Shown in pieces: positions 12,627 through 24,471 of a DNA stretch of 64,000 bases (its first letter is position 1; each line of letters opens with the position of its first letter). Location: assembly GCA_951406725.2 (NCBI GenBank), contig OX597814.1, positions 150,536,001 through 150,600,000 on the forward strand, read 5' to 3'. Position numbers and translations under genes: made by a program. Source of the DNA: Octopus vulgaris (Eukaryota). Below the pieces are notes generated by a model that worked only from the letters and a program-made list of their open reading frames with translations, ran no database searches and was not told where the DNA came from.

Positions 12627-14367
12627 CTAAAGAGATATAATTTTTCCTTTAAAATGATATGCAGTCGCTTAAACATTAACATTATTTTCATTTTAATATT
12701 TTAATAAAATTTACATATGAGGCAATGAAAGATCCGTGGCGAAACACGCAGCTACAATCAAAACAGTTGGACCATAACATTAACAGAAGAATTTTCTACA
12801 ACAGCTGAACACTGCACAGATGAAAAGAGATTCGAGATTACTTGCTGGATGTGTGGTTATAATTCAAATTAACGAAACAAAATAACTGGAAATGATTTAA
12901 GATTTGAAACTTTGCGAGTGGGAATTCGATCAATAAAGGGAACCCCTTAAGAGAGGAGATTGTATTCCAGTTAGAATGCTTGTCTATGTCGAAAGTGTTG
13001 GGACCATGTCATTGGTTGATCTGCAAGAAATAGCAGCTAAATTTTCCATATCATGTTATACTCCCAACCATCTTACAAAAACGGTAACTAAAATCTATTT
13101 GAAACTACATCTGGGGGACGTTTTGCATATCAAAACAGATAAGGCTTAGTCTTATGTAATACATTAACTTGGAACATAGCCTAACTGACTATATTCCTGT
13201 AATTAAAAGACGAAACTCTTGATTTAGAGTTTTTGTCTTCTAATTGCCAGGACAAAAAGTAAAACAGGTAGTAAATGAGCGCTCAGTGGAAATAAAATGT
13301 TATTCTAATCAGAACACTATGAACAGTATAATCATGGATATGACATTGTGTTGAGCAAAGAGGAAACACACGCATCGAGTGGAAGGTAATCTGTCAAGAA
13401 CGCAATTTGACAACACCTTTAATCAAGGGGTTCAAAAAGCTGTCGTGATTGTCGATGCACTAAGTGAAATAGGTCCGATAATATCAGCTAATCTAAATTT
13501 CTAAGAAGTAAAGGCATTAAAAAGAAGAGCGGATCTGCTTTTGAAAACAAACTGGTGGAAATAAAGGATGTATTTCGATCATTATTTAGGTGATGAGTGT
13601 GAAAGGACAAAAACGAAGATGAGCTGGTTATATCTGGAACACTTTCGATCCTTGGTGTGCTTAGTTAGAACATTCGTGGGCTAAATAACAACAATAAAAA
13701 CGGCGTCGACGACGATGGTGACGAGGATAGAAACAACAAAGAAAATCTAAATTGCTGATCATTCATAATATCGATCGCTGCAACTTTCTGTTACTTTGCT
13801 CATATTAGGTGATTCTCTTTGTTACATTATAAATGGCAATGCTGTTCTTGTTGTCAAGCATGTATCAGAATATGGTTTGTTGCAAGATACTAACGGGTTT
13901 ATATGCCATGCTAATATATTCGCTACATTTCAATGTTTATTGCCGTTGACCAAAATTTCCTGTGAAAATCTTCATATAAATTTCTCTGCAATAAATTTGC
14001 CATAGCGCCAATTATTTCAAACAAAATCCAGTACTGTTTAGCACGCTTAAACGAATTTGTATCACATCAATGTATTAGAAAATTGCGCACTGATTGATGC
14101 AAATGATCAGAAATTGTCAAAGACTTTACACTATTTTCAAGGATGTCTCATACGGGGAATCGATATATGCTGCTATATATATTGTAATGAGTCATAAGCT
14201 TTGTCATATTTTGATAACTTATTTGTTTTATCCACAAGTTACAACGAAAGCGGCCTAGCATTTAAAGTAGATACCATCGTGCTTCACCGCCGGAGAGGAA
14301 AAGATATAAAAGTGTAAAAAGATGAAAGAGTAAAAAGTAAAGGAGTATCAGATAGAAGGAATGGGGG

Positions 14368-14409
<42 letters not shown>

Positions 14410-14639
14410 AATAGTGCAAAAAGAAAAGGAGTCTCAGGTATGTAGTGATAGAGCCTAAGTGATGGGGCAGAGAGGGGGGATAGGGGTAGTAATATGGTGG
14501 AATGAAGAATTTGAGAATATAGATTAGGTTGGTGTCAGTGAAATGGGTTGGGTTGTGGTTGTGGTCTAATGTAAAGGTATCTGTGCTGGAGCTGTGTGTG
14601 TGTTGAGTGTTCGTATGACTAGAGTTATGTGAGTTTTGA

Positions 14640-14880
14640 TAGTAAAGAGAAAGCTTTTGCTTATTAGAGGCTACTACAATACATTCGAAGTTGGGCGGGG
14701 TAGAATAAGATAGTTTCAGGGTGGATCGATTTAAGATATTTATGATCGATTAATGATACTTATGTTGCCGAGGGAAGCTAGAGTCTAATATTTTAAAGAA
14801 GGATTTAGCTAAGTTCTTAACGTTAAGTGAGAATGGGAGTGTGTACCACAGAATAGAGCGTCAGCCCCTTTTTTAGGGTG
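14640..14880 (-). mobile_element. Penelope-like element thumb/linker remnant
   Basis: SILWYTLPFSLNVKNLAKSFFKILDSSFPRQHKY...LNRSTLKLSYS matches the PLE pattern IIWFNPPFS...FP..HK...K.SYS. Confidence 0.65.
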
Positions 14881-15224
14881 TCTGGGAATAGTACTATCTA
14901 GGTTTTTTAGGAGCGCTATCTATATTTTTAGAGAATGTATGTGGGTAGCGAGACCTGTGGTTGTTAGCTATATTAGTTGTTTTAGTTTTTGACCTAGTGT
15001 TAAAAGGGTTTCAAATCTTCTAATTCCACGACAGCGGGAGCTCGTAAAACTCGACTTCAACTCCCAGCGGGTCTATGAAAAGTCCATACTTCTCTCTCAA
15101 TTCCCAAAATCTCTCTTTATCTATGACTATTCCCTTAGTGTGTTCCAGGTATTTTCCTGGCGACAGCCATACTCTTATTACCAATTTATAATTTACAATC
15201 CTTCATTCATACTATGCAAAACCT

Positions 15225-16115
15225 ATGGCCTCAAAATACCTGATCCACCGGAACTCAGCCATTGCGGGCAATGCCAAATTCAATATTTTGATGGCAGACC
15301 TCGTCAGAATAATGAGAAATGTGTGTCGCATGTGCGAGCCTACAGAATTAAAGAGACACATACAGTATTTCATTCACCGCATGCAGTTCTCGGGTTACAG
15401 CCATAAAGAAAGGATCAGAGTATACAAAGGAGCCATGAAGAAATTTGATAATATATTATGTAATGATAGGAATGGGATTTGCCCACTCTATAGGAAAAAG
15501 TCATGGAACACTATAGAAAGGACAAAAAAGAAAATAGGGATGGCCAACTCTTGGTATGATAGCCATAAATACCAGAGTGTCATGTTCATTGACACCACCC
15601 CTGGAGGTGAACTGGCGTACCGCTTTAGAAGGACCCTAGATAAACTTAAACTAAGAATTAAGGTTGTTGAAAAGCCAGGCAACCCTATCAAATCTATAAT
15701 TGGTAGAACCTATCCTTTTAGTAGAACCCTCTGTACGGATAACTATTGCACTGTATGTAGATTTAGCCCACAAACAAACTGTAAAGCCAGAAATGTAGTC
15801 TATAGTATAAGATGTATAGAGGGACGATGCAGTAACAAGACAATAACATACGTAGGGGAAACGGCAAGAAGCATAGGAGAGCGGGTGAATGAACATTGGA
15901 GACAACTCAAGGAAGGTAAAAGCTCATCGATTCTGTACCAACACGCCGAACAGGAACACGGGGGATCAATCAATAACATAGAGATTAAGATATTGTCCAC
16001 ACATAGAACAGATGCAACAATTAGACAAATTACAGAAGCTACACATATAATAGAAAATAAACCTAGCCTGAATAGAAAACTAGAATGGAGCAATAGCACA
16101 CACCACAACATATGA
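15225..16115 (+). CDS. PLE ORF C-terminal part: RT thumb, Cys-rich linker and GIY-YIG endonuclease (296 aa, uninterrupted)
   Basis: CTDNYCTVC...CKARNVVYSIRC...YVGETARSIGERVNEH...RQITEATHI..PSLN. The RT core is missing. Confidence 0.85.
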   Translation: MASKYLIHRNSAIAGNAKFNILMADLVRIMRNVCRMCEPTELKRHIQYFIHRMQFSGYSHKERIRVYKGAMKKFDNILCNDRNGICPLYRKKSWNTIERTKKKIGMANSWYDSHKYQSVMFIDTTPGGELAYRFRRTLDKLKLRIKVVEKPGNPIKSIIGRTYPFSRTLCTDNYCTVCRFSPQTNCKARNVVYSIRCIEGRCSNKTITYVGETARSIGERVNEHWRQLKEGKSSSILYQHAEQEHGGSINNIEIKILSTHRTDATIRQITEATHIIENKPSLNRKLEWSNSTHHNI

Positions 16116-16215
16116 CGATAGAGGATCCCGAAAACATAATAAATAAATACACAGATAAATAAACAAATAGAAATGAATAACTATATATATGTATATATAT
16201 CTATGTATGTATATG

Positions 16216-16260
<45 letters not shown>

Positions 16261-16617
16261 ATATATATGTGTATATGTATATATATATATTTTTTTTTTT
16301 CCGATTAGATTTATTATTATTATTACTAATATTGTGTTATACATACATACAAGCATATGTAATGATAATAATGGGTGGATATAAACACATGAACAAAATT
16401 AGAACAAAAGCAACAACAACAAAAACAAAATACAAATTACATGAATGTATATAAACAGAAGATACAAATATTACAGGCATCCCCCCCCCCACACACACAC
16501 TAAATATACATAGACGCACATAGAGATATAAGCATGCACAAATGAAGACATACAATAGAAATACAAAATGGCTGACGGTTAGTAAGGAGAGACACAAATA
16601 CGAAAGAAGAAAACAAA

Positions 16618-16662
16618 GGACCACTGATGCGGTCACAGGAGTGTGACGAAAGAACTCTGGCC
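16618..16662 (+). ncRNA. Minimal type-I hammerhead ribozyme motif (PLE-type, core variant)
   Basis: CCA-CTGATGCG-GTCACA ggag TGTGAC-GAAA-GAAC-TC-TGG. Stem II has 6 bp, stem I is CCA/TGG, and position A9 is C. Confidence 0.6.
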
Positions 16663-16905
16663 GAAATAAGATTAAGATTAATGTAAAAAATAAATATCAC
16701 TGAAGCAAAATAACACCAAATATATAGTGCGTGTGTTTTTATTGGCTAAACTGGCAATATGACCATTCCGAAATATAACAATAATTTACAATCGTTTTCT
16801 CTGTTTGTTTACCTTTGGAATACGTGACCAAATGCCACTTATATCTCTTCCTTTTCACTTCTGCTTGCTTCGGCTCCCGTCCTGATCTGCTTGGGCGTGC
16901 AGAAA

Positions 16906-17600
16906 CGTCATAACTAATTGTCCCTCTTATTTATGAGAAAAAAGATACCCTGTGGCCATAAACCAAGGGGTCACTCGTATATAGAGCTGGATAACAAAAC
17001 CGTTCCCTCTTTAGTGTTCACCCATAATTATGACGCTAGTATCGATCTATTGCATTTCAATCTGTTTTAAGGTTAGGGTTAGAGTTAGGGTTAGGGTTGG
17101 GTTAGGGTTAGTGTTAGGAGTGGGGGTAAGTGTATCTTTTTTTCTTCAGAAATGTAAATAAATCCAATCTGTTTCTTAAGCGAATATATAATATGTAATA
17201 TGTGTATCTGTGCAACAGAGAGGAAAATTAAAACTGCATATGTCGTGAACTTAGAATATGTGTTTATTAATACAAGTTTAATAACGATAATTTTATTCAT
17301 ACGAACGTAACTGATATGAAATATGTCATAAATAACAGGGACAATTTCATATGACACCGGAAATTATTGTTGTTGACACACTATGGCAGAAATTGAATTC
17401 ACCTCAATAGACATCATTGATTAGTTGAAATTGCCGAAATGCAAGAAAATTAACAAGAAATATCTTACAAACTACATAATTTTCTCAAGAAAGCCAAGAG
17501 AAAAAGATGTTTTATGAACACATTCTACCAGTATACGAAGTTTAAGAGTGCTTAGTTACAAAGAAATTATTTTAAAAATCTGTCAAAGCAAAATGATCCC
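16906..17600. mobile_element. MITE/HINE-like non-autonomous element carrying telomeric repeats
   Basis: Inverted repeats at 16916-16936 and 17326-17346 match at 20/21. A degenerate (TTAGGG)n tract lies between them. Confidence 0.6.
17067..17118 (+). repeat. Interstitial degenerate telomeric repeat, about 8 units of TTAGGG
   Basis: ttaaggttagggttagagttagggttagggttgggttagggttagtgttagg. Confidence 0.85.
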
Positions 17601-20283
17601 TATGCGGTTCATCAGTTCTTCTGGGGGAGTCAGCTTTAGACTGACTCCCTCCTTTTTTTTACAATATTTCTTCCTTCCTTCCACTTTCTTGTGTCAATTT
17701 CTATTTTCTGTACTTCCAGGGTGTTGGCATTTATTCCTCGTGTCGTTGCCGCTGCGTAACTTTGTCTATTTTCCATCTCTCTTCCTTTCTTCACTCCTCC
17801 CGTAGACAGGGATTATACAGGTGCAAACGAAACAGTGACTGAAATTCAACAATTTACACAATCCAACAAATTCACCCGCTCGTGGAAACCTACAACAAAC
17901 ATACAATATCAGTGTGTAACGATTCGAACTCACACCGAAGAAATCACTACCGACACCCAGTAGTGACAATCACCAGGTTCTCTTTATTATAGGCAAAAGG
18001 CCAGAATACAGAGGAGGCATGCACAAACATGCGGGAACAAAAAACATATGAAAAATGAATTACAATGAATTAAATTATAATGAATATGAGACGGTTTTCT
18101 GGGTCCCGCTCCGAGACGAAACCGTGATTTCTGTTTTACAATTAAACGTTGTTAGAGTCTTTTCTTTTTTCCTTTTTTAGCCCGTTCTTTTTGTTAGTTT
18201 TTTTATATTTTTTTTTTGGATCGTTTGTTTTTCCTTATTTTCTTTAAACTTTTTAACAGTCTATTTTCCTCGTTTTTATATGAAGTACAAATTTTACTTA
18301 CTTATTTTTAAATGTTCGTAAAGGGTTTCAAATCTTCCAATCCCACGACCGGTGGGAGCTCGTCAAACTCGACTTCAGCCCCCAGCGGGTCTATGAAAAA
18401 TCCATATATCTCTCACAATTTCAAAAATCTGTCTTTATCTATGACTATTCCTTTAGTGTGTTCCGATTCTTTTCTCCTAGCGGCAGCCTTACTCTTATTA
18501 TCGATTTATATTTTACAATCGTTTTCTCTATTTCTTTACTTTTGGAATACGTGACGGGTATTATACAGGTGCAAAAGAAACAGTGACTGAAATTCAACAA
18601 TTTACATAATCCAACGAATCTTGGTTCGCCCGCGCGGGGAAACCTACAACACACATACAATACAGTGTGTAACAATTCGAACTCACATCGAAGAAATCAC
18701 TACCCACACTCATTAGTGACAATCACCGGTTATTTCTTTATTATAGGCACAAGGCCTGAATACAGAGGGGGCATACACAAACATGCGGGAACAAAAAACC
18801 ATTTGAAAGAATGAATTACAATGAATTAAATTATAATGAATATGAGACGGGTTTTTCGGTCCCGCTCCGAAACGAAACCGTGATTTCTTTTTTACAATTA
18901 AACGTTCTAACAGTCTTTCTTTTTTTCCCATTTTTAACTCATTCTTTTTCTTTGTCTTTTTTTATCTTTCTTTTTTCTTTAAACTTTTTAACAGTCTATT
19001 TTCCTTGTTTTTTATATGAAGTACAAATTTTACTTATTTTCAAATGTTCATAAAGGGTTTCAAATTCTCTAATTCCCGGACCGGTGGGTGCTCATCAGAC
19101 TCGACTTCAACCCTCTGCGAGTCTATGAAAAGTCGATACATCTCTCTTAATTTCAAAAATCTCTCTTTATCTATGATTATTCCTTTAGTGTATTCCGGGT
19201 ATTTTTCTGGCGACAGCCCTAATCTTATTACTGATTTATATTCCACAAACGCCCAGCCTATTTCTTTACTTTTGGAATACGTGACCAAATGCCACTTATA
19301 TCTCTTCCTTTTCACTTCTGCTTGCTTCGGCTCCCGTTCTGTTCGGGCATGAAGCAACATCGTAACTAATTTTATGAACGCTTCAACTTTCTCCATGTTT
19401 TAATGCTGTCTTTTCCTGTGTGCCTTCTTTCACTACTGCTTATTTATATGAATGTCTATGCATAAAACTCAGTCATTTGCGAATGGTAAAGTGAATACAA
19501 GAGTGAAATAATTTCCCGGGTCGAGACGGACAAGGTGATCAATGATATTTTCCATGGTCACCGCCCAGTGAACGCCACCAGTAAAAGAATTCAGATATGG
19601 CATACATAGTATCCATAAATGCAAAGAGAAACGCAACAGAAACTTGCAATTCATGCATATCATATGATGTTACTGATTATCAACAGAAAAAAAGGCATTC
19701 ATTTTGAGAGTAATTTCAAAGTTAGGTAGTGATTGCGGAAGCAGATCGTTGTATGTTTATATGATTGCATGTGATAATTGAATATTTACAGTAACACAAA
19801 ATGTTTGAAGGTTATCCATAAAGACAATCGATTCTATTACTTGTCTCATGTGTATTCTGAATTTTTACCTGTTAGCGGCACACTTCAAATACACAAGAGA
19901 TTCCTTAAATTTAACATAAAATTCTGAAGTAGAGATGTTGAGATCAGTCTTGAGTCTCCATTAGGAGTGTTACTTATACGGATGTGGTAATGTTTTGCCT
20001 GGTCCCCGCCTCAAATATGTAAAAACAAAAAAATGGGAAATTTTAATTCTAACATATTCTGTAAATTAAATAGCACTAGTGTTCGTGGAGAATCGGAACC
20101 TGAATAATGCTGTGATAATCAGCTATTCTGATTCGTTAAATCAGTAAGTTTTTGTTTATTTAACCAATGTAAAAAAAGCTTATGAACACATACACTCAAA
20201 AAAGTTACATATTTTCTATTTAGTTTGTCTATATATGAAGTGACAAACGAAAGTGTTTTTTTCTTCTTTTTTTCTATTTCAAG

Positions 20284-20391
20284 CTTACGCCTGTGCCGTC
20301 CCAAAGGATTCTTGTGATATGACAGATATTGAAAGATTTTGCAATCGAAGGAGTGCAAGTTTTATATGGAGCACTAATCTTCTTAAGCACG
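20284..20391 (+). CDS. Candidate 108-bp symmetric (phase 1-1) host exon, Cys-containing
   Basis: Long polypyrimidine acceptor. Only one frame is open: YACAVPKDSCDMTDIERFCNRRSASFIWSTNLLKH. The donor G|gtataa is weak. Confidence 0.35.
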
Positions 20392-20471
20392 GTATAAATA
20401 ATTTCTATCTCTGTTCATACTCTAGGTACACTAAGACTTGTATACATATATATACATACACACACATACAG

Positions 20472-20537
<66 letters not shown>

Positions 20538-20780
20538 TGTGAGAATACTATACACTGAATTTATAATTAGTGCTCTTTGTATAAAATGTCAAAAATATTA
20601 ATACTATAAAGTATCTAGACATTTAATACGAGTGATTAAATATACTGCACTTTGAAATAATAGCATGAAATTTAATATCAAAACAATTCCTTACGAATAT
20701 ATATGTGTTTAAAATAGTATTGTATTAAAAATATATGTAAATATGTGAAATATAACTGTTTAAATGTTTGGTAATTAATG

Positions 20781-20872
20781 AATCTCACGATCATTTCGCT
20801 TAAGTTTTGTCATTATAATGGAATCCATTATTGATACACATTTATAAACAATACTTCCGCTCGTCAGAGATT
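20781..20872 (-). ncRNA. Type-I hammerhead ribozyme motif (PLE-type, decayed)
   Basis: AATCT-CTGACGA-GC..AAGT [loop] ACTT..GC-GAAA-TGATCGT-G-AGATT. Stem I is a perfect 5 bp and stem III is near-palindromic. The cleavage position is G, which is non-canonical. Confidence 0.55.
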
Positions 20873-21107
20873 GGATAGAGGAGGTAAAGTTTGAATAATA
20901 AGTCGAATGTTATTTAAAAATCAGAAAAATATATGAAAAAGTATTTTTGAAAAATAAATTAAAATTTACTGGTTTTGATTTAGGTAGGTAGACATTGGTA
21001 TGAAAATTTTAAAGTTTGTATATATATCCTTGGTAAGTTCATCTCGGTAATCCATGACAATTTTGTGTAAGCGATACCTTATCCCGCATTCAATATTTGA
21101 GGCGTAG

Positions 21108-22790
21108 GTTTGTATATTTATTGCCCACAAGGGACATACATAGACGGGACAATACAAGACATGTGGGACATATAACAATTAAACAATAAAATATGATAAT
21201 ATGAATGACAATATGAAAAATGGAAATGGAACCACTCGTCCCACTTACGAGTAGCAGCCCCACTTTCTACTTTTTAAAACCTGGTCCCTCTAGTTTATCA
21301 AAACCCGTTTCCTCCAATAACTTGTCATAAAGTCGTGTAATTTGGTAATAAATCCCAGTCATAGTCCAAATTCCAATAACTGTAACCGTGTTCAAACGTA
21401 TATATTATCTCTTCTTGTTCTTTTGTTGGGAGCACACACCTGTGCCACTCCCCAATGTTATCAAATCCAGAAGTTTCTACTTCATTTACCTCGTCCCATG
21501 AATAAAACTAATCTATGAATTCGTTATTGGATCCATATAGCATGAAAGCTTTGCATTTCTTTTTCCCTTTTTGTTTTTGATTTGGGGGAAGGAGTTTGAA
21601 ATTCTTTACGTGTTTGCTTTCTTTTTGTGTTTTGTGTCGGATGGGAATGGGTAGGCTTAATGTCTGCTGGGGGAGGGTGGATTGGAGAGGGTGTAGATGA
21701 GGTGGGTGTGGGTTGGGGTTTACAGTTCGAAACACCTGCCTTCTTTCTCTTCCTTACGGTGACTTTTTCCCACTTATCCTCGGTTGCTGATGCTCCCACC
21801 TCCTTTCAGGTTTCTTCCTTTCTAGAACTCTTCGGCCCCTCTTCTTTTTGCTCCTTCATCTTGTTTAATCTCTTCTTTGCTTTTTTTGTGAAAGGCAGTC
21901 TACTCTAATGTGGCCCTTCTGGCCACATTATCACTTAATCCATGATTATTGACTCTGCGATATTTTTCAGAGTCTCGGCTGATCCTTGAACAATCATGTT
22001 TCGTGTTGTCCCTTCCATATCATGCTTTCCTTTTTTATGGCCTGGAGGACCACTACGCAGTCCTCGTTACCAAAGAGGACAGCGTTCGCTACACAGGCCA
22101 CATCGATATCGGGCGGAATCCCTTCTACACTCATTCTTGTTGCTCTGTAAGTGGGCAAAGCACCACTTCTTCAATTTTCATAGATGTCGCCGTTTGTTTT
22201 CTTGCAGATACCGCGTCTTTGAACCTTACCTCTACTACTCCCGACATCGAACCTCTTGCGAGGTACACGATATCTTTCCAGATCGACCTCAGAACCTTTT
22301 CCACCTGTCCCGTAGTCACAATATCAATTTTAACTTTGCTTATCGAAAATGTTCGGTACATTATTGTCCTCTCCTTAATGCTGTTTCTTGTCTCTTGCGT
22401 GGGAGACAGCTTTACCTCAAAATCATCCCGACTTATTACATCTTTATGCCTTCCAAATTCTTTAATATTTATTTCTTTCTCCTAATGTTTTGCCACGTCG
22501 GCAAAATTCCTCTTTTCCATGTTTAGTTTATTGTCTATCCTCCGGACAGCCTCCAATAATTGTTCTTCCGACGACGATATGACTGAGAAGTAATAGTCTT
22601 CTACAGACATGCTTTAACCAAGCTATCTCTCCTTTGCGAGAACAGAAAGCAGAAACAAATAAACCGTAATTACAAAAACCACTGCAAAGTAGCATAAAAA
22701 GACTCAGATACCAGCAGAGAAACGCTAGCGCAATAAGCACAAACTCTAGAAAATTGAGACATAGAAGGATGATTTTGGTGGTCAAAGTAT
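21108..22790 (-). mobile_element. ORF1-only (gag-like, L1/Tx1-type) non-autonomous retroelement, degenerate
   Basis: ATG at 22520 gives MEKRNFADVA..., then RRM-like ARGSMSGVVEVRFKD and zinc-knuckle remnant CGQKGHIRVDC near 21900-21930. A short 3' UTR ends CCCTTGTGGGCAATAAA. No RT or endonuclease is visible. Confidence 0.65.
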
Positions 22791-23099
22791 TACTATTATA
22801 TTTTTATTTGTATTACTGGAAGATACCAATTTAAATTTTAAATTTAAATTTTTTTTATCATTACAGCTATAAAGGTCTATTTATTGTAGGTTAAATGTGT
22901 ATAAGTTAAAATTCTAAGAAAACCAATTTATCAGTCGTTTAATGTATAATATATGTCGTGTAAATGCGTTTATAGTAAAGAATTTTAGTTACTCTATCTA
23001 CCAATCTGTTTATAATTTTCTCCTTATTTTGATATCGCTACTATAAATAATAAGTAATAGACACTAATGTAAATCTTTATTGGATCTTTTATAATATTT

Positions 23100-23540
23100 A
23101 AAAGTTTTATAGAAATTTATGTCTACATGTTGAAAGCACTTCTGATTGACAAATTACCAAGTTCTTTTGATTATATAGTAAAATATACAGTGATTCCTTT
23201 GTACAGAGACGGCAACTATTAGACTTATGGGTGTATGATGTAGCCGAATCTATTATTGACCAATCTAAACTGTGGTTAAATTTATTTTGTCTTAATTTCT
23301 GTATCTAGGTAGCTAAGTAGTATTACTAGTTGTATTAGGCTTAAAGGAATGTATGCGTGCTAAAAATGTTTGCTTAAAATTAACAGAACTCTCTATGTAT
23401 ATTACTTAAACTATCCCTTAATGTAAATATGCACTTGTATATCACGTTAAATCCTCTACATTTACCTTCTAAAGGGCATGATTCTTTATTTTTACATGAG
23501 CAATTTTTATTTTTATATTTCTGTTGAAAGGTATAATATC
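23100..23540 (-). mobile_element. Penelope-like GIY-YIG remnant
   Basis: CSCKNKESCPLEGKC...NVIYKC, followed by F..RIHSF and a degenerate C.LC region. Confidence 0.65.
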
Positions 23541-23680
23541 TAATATGGTGCCGCTCTGGCAATAATAGTATATTTAATTTATTTGACATTACAATGGGAT
23601 CGTCCGTTTCTGCACAAATCACTGACCTAGTAGTAGGAATTTTTTTGATATTAAATTTCATGCTATTATTTCATAATACA

Positions 23681-23726
<46 letters not shown>

Positions 23727-23881
23727 TTCTGTGAAAGAGAGTAAGAGCAACAAAAATTACTTCATCTGGTGAGAGATGATTATCGTTTAATAAGCACTGT
23801 ATATATACTTCATAAGCTACTAATATTTTCATGCAATCAAAATAACTCCGACGACATACTGTAACATATCTGGTGCCTCTA

Positions 23882-23925
<44 letters not shown>

Positions 23926-24249
23926 ATGTATGTATGTATGTATGTATATGCTATGTGACTGAGATTTTCCCGTATATCTGTATAAAATTTGCTAATCCCT
24001 CATATTCTTTCCATGCTCTTGTTTAGTATTTTCTTTATAATATATATTAAACCCTTTATCCATCTATCTTGGCCTATATTATGATTAGAGATTCTAAAAT
24101 AATTATCCGATTTTGGCATGTGATATCTAATTTATAAATCAATCCTCCATGGAAAGTCAAACTAATCTGACAACCCTGCTCTTTACAGTTGTTCATTTTT
24201 ATATTTCAACGGTTGAAGTGTGATTTTAAGGAACTAAAAAACCAGTTGC

Positions 24250-24471
24250 ATACACACACACATACATACATACATGCGTGCATGCATACATACATACATA
24301 CATACATACATACATACATACATACATACATACATACATACATACATGCGTACATACATACATGCGTGCATACATACATACATACATACATACATACATA
24401 CATACATACATACATACATACATACATACATACATACATACATGCGTGCATACATACATAAATACATACAT
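24250..24471 (+). repeat. (TACA)n microsatellite
   Basis: Direct observation. Confidence 0.95.

Larger units (their letters stand above)
15201..16780 (+). mobile_element. Penelope-like retroelement, 5'-truncated, with a 13-bp TSD
   Basis: Flanked by ATAATTTACAATC at 15188-15200 and 16781-16793. Carries a GIY-YIG ORF and a hammerhead motif in the 3' region. Confidence 0.85.
15003..19400 (-). mobile_element. Head-to-tail array of gag/ORF1-like non-autonomous retroelement X, interrupted by a PLE and a MITE
   Basis: Homologous segments at 15003-15200 plus 16781-16915, 17600-18555 and 18557-19400 (unit ~745 bp). AATAAA tails near 17985 and 18740 are followed directly by the next 5' region. ORF start at 17776 reads MENRQSYAAA...VSLKLTPPEE. 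Confidence 0.6.

Noticed and set aside
17067-17118. True telomere or fusion site
   Set aside because: The tract is short, single-orientation, degenerate and enclosed by inverted repeats of a mobile element.
18085-18130. Hairpin ACGGTTT...GAAACCGT as a ribozyme
   Set aside because: There is no CUGANGA core on either strand. Treated as a 3' UTR hairpin of element X.
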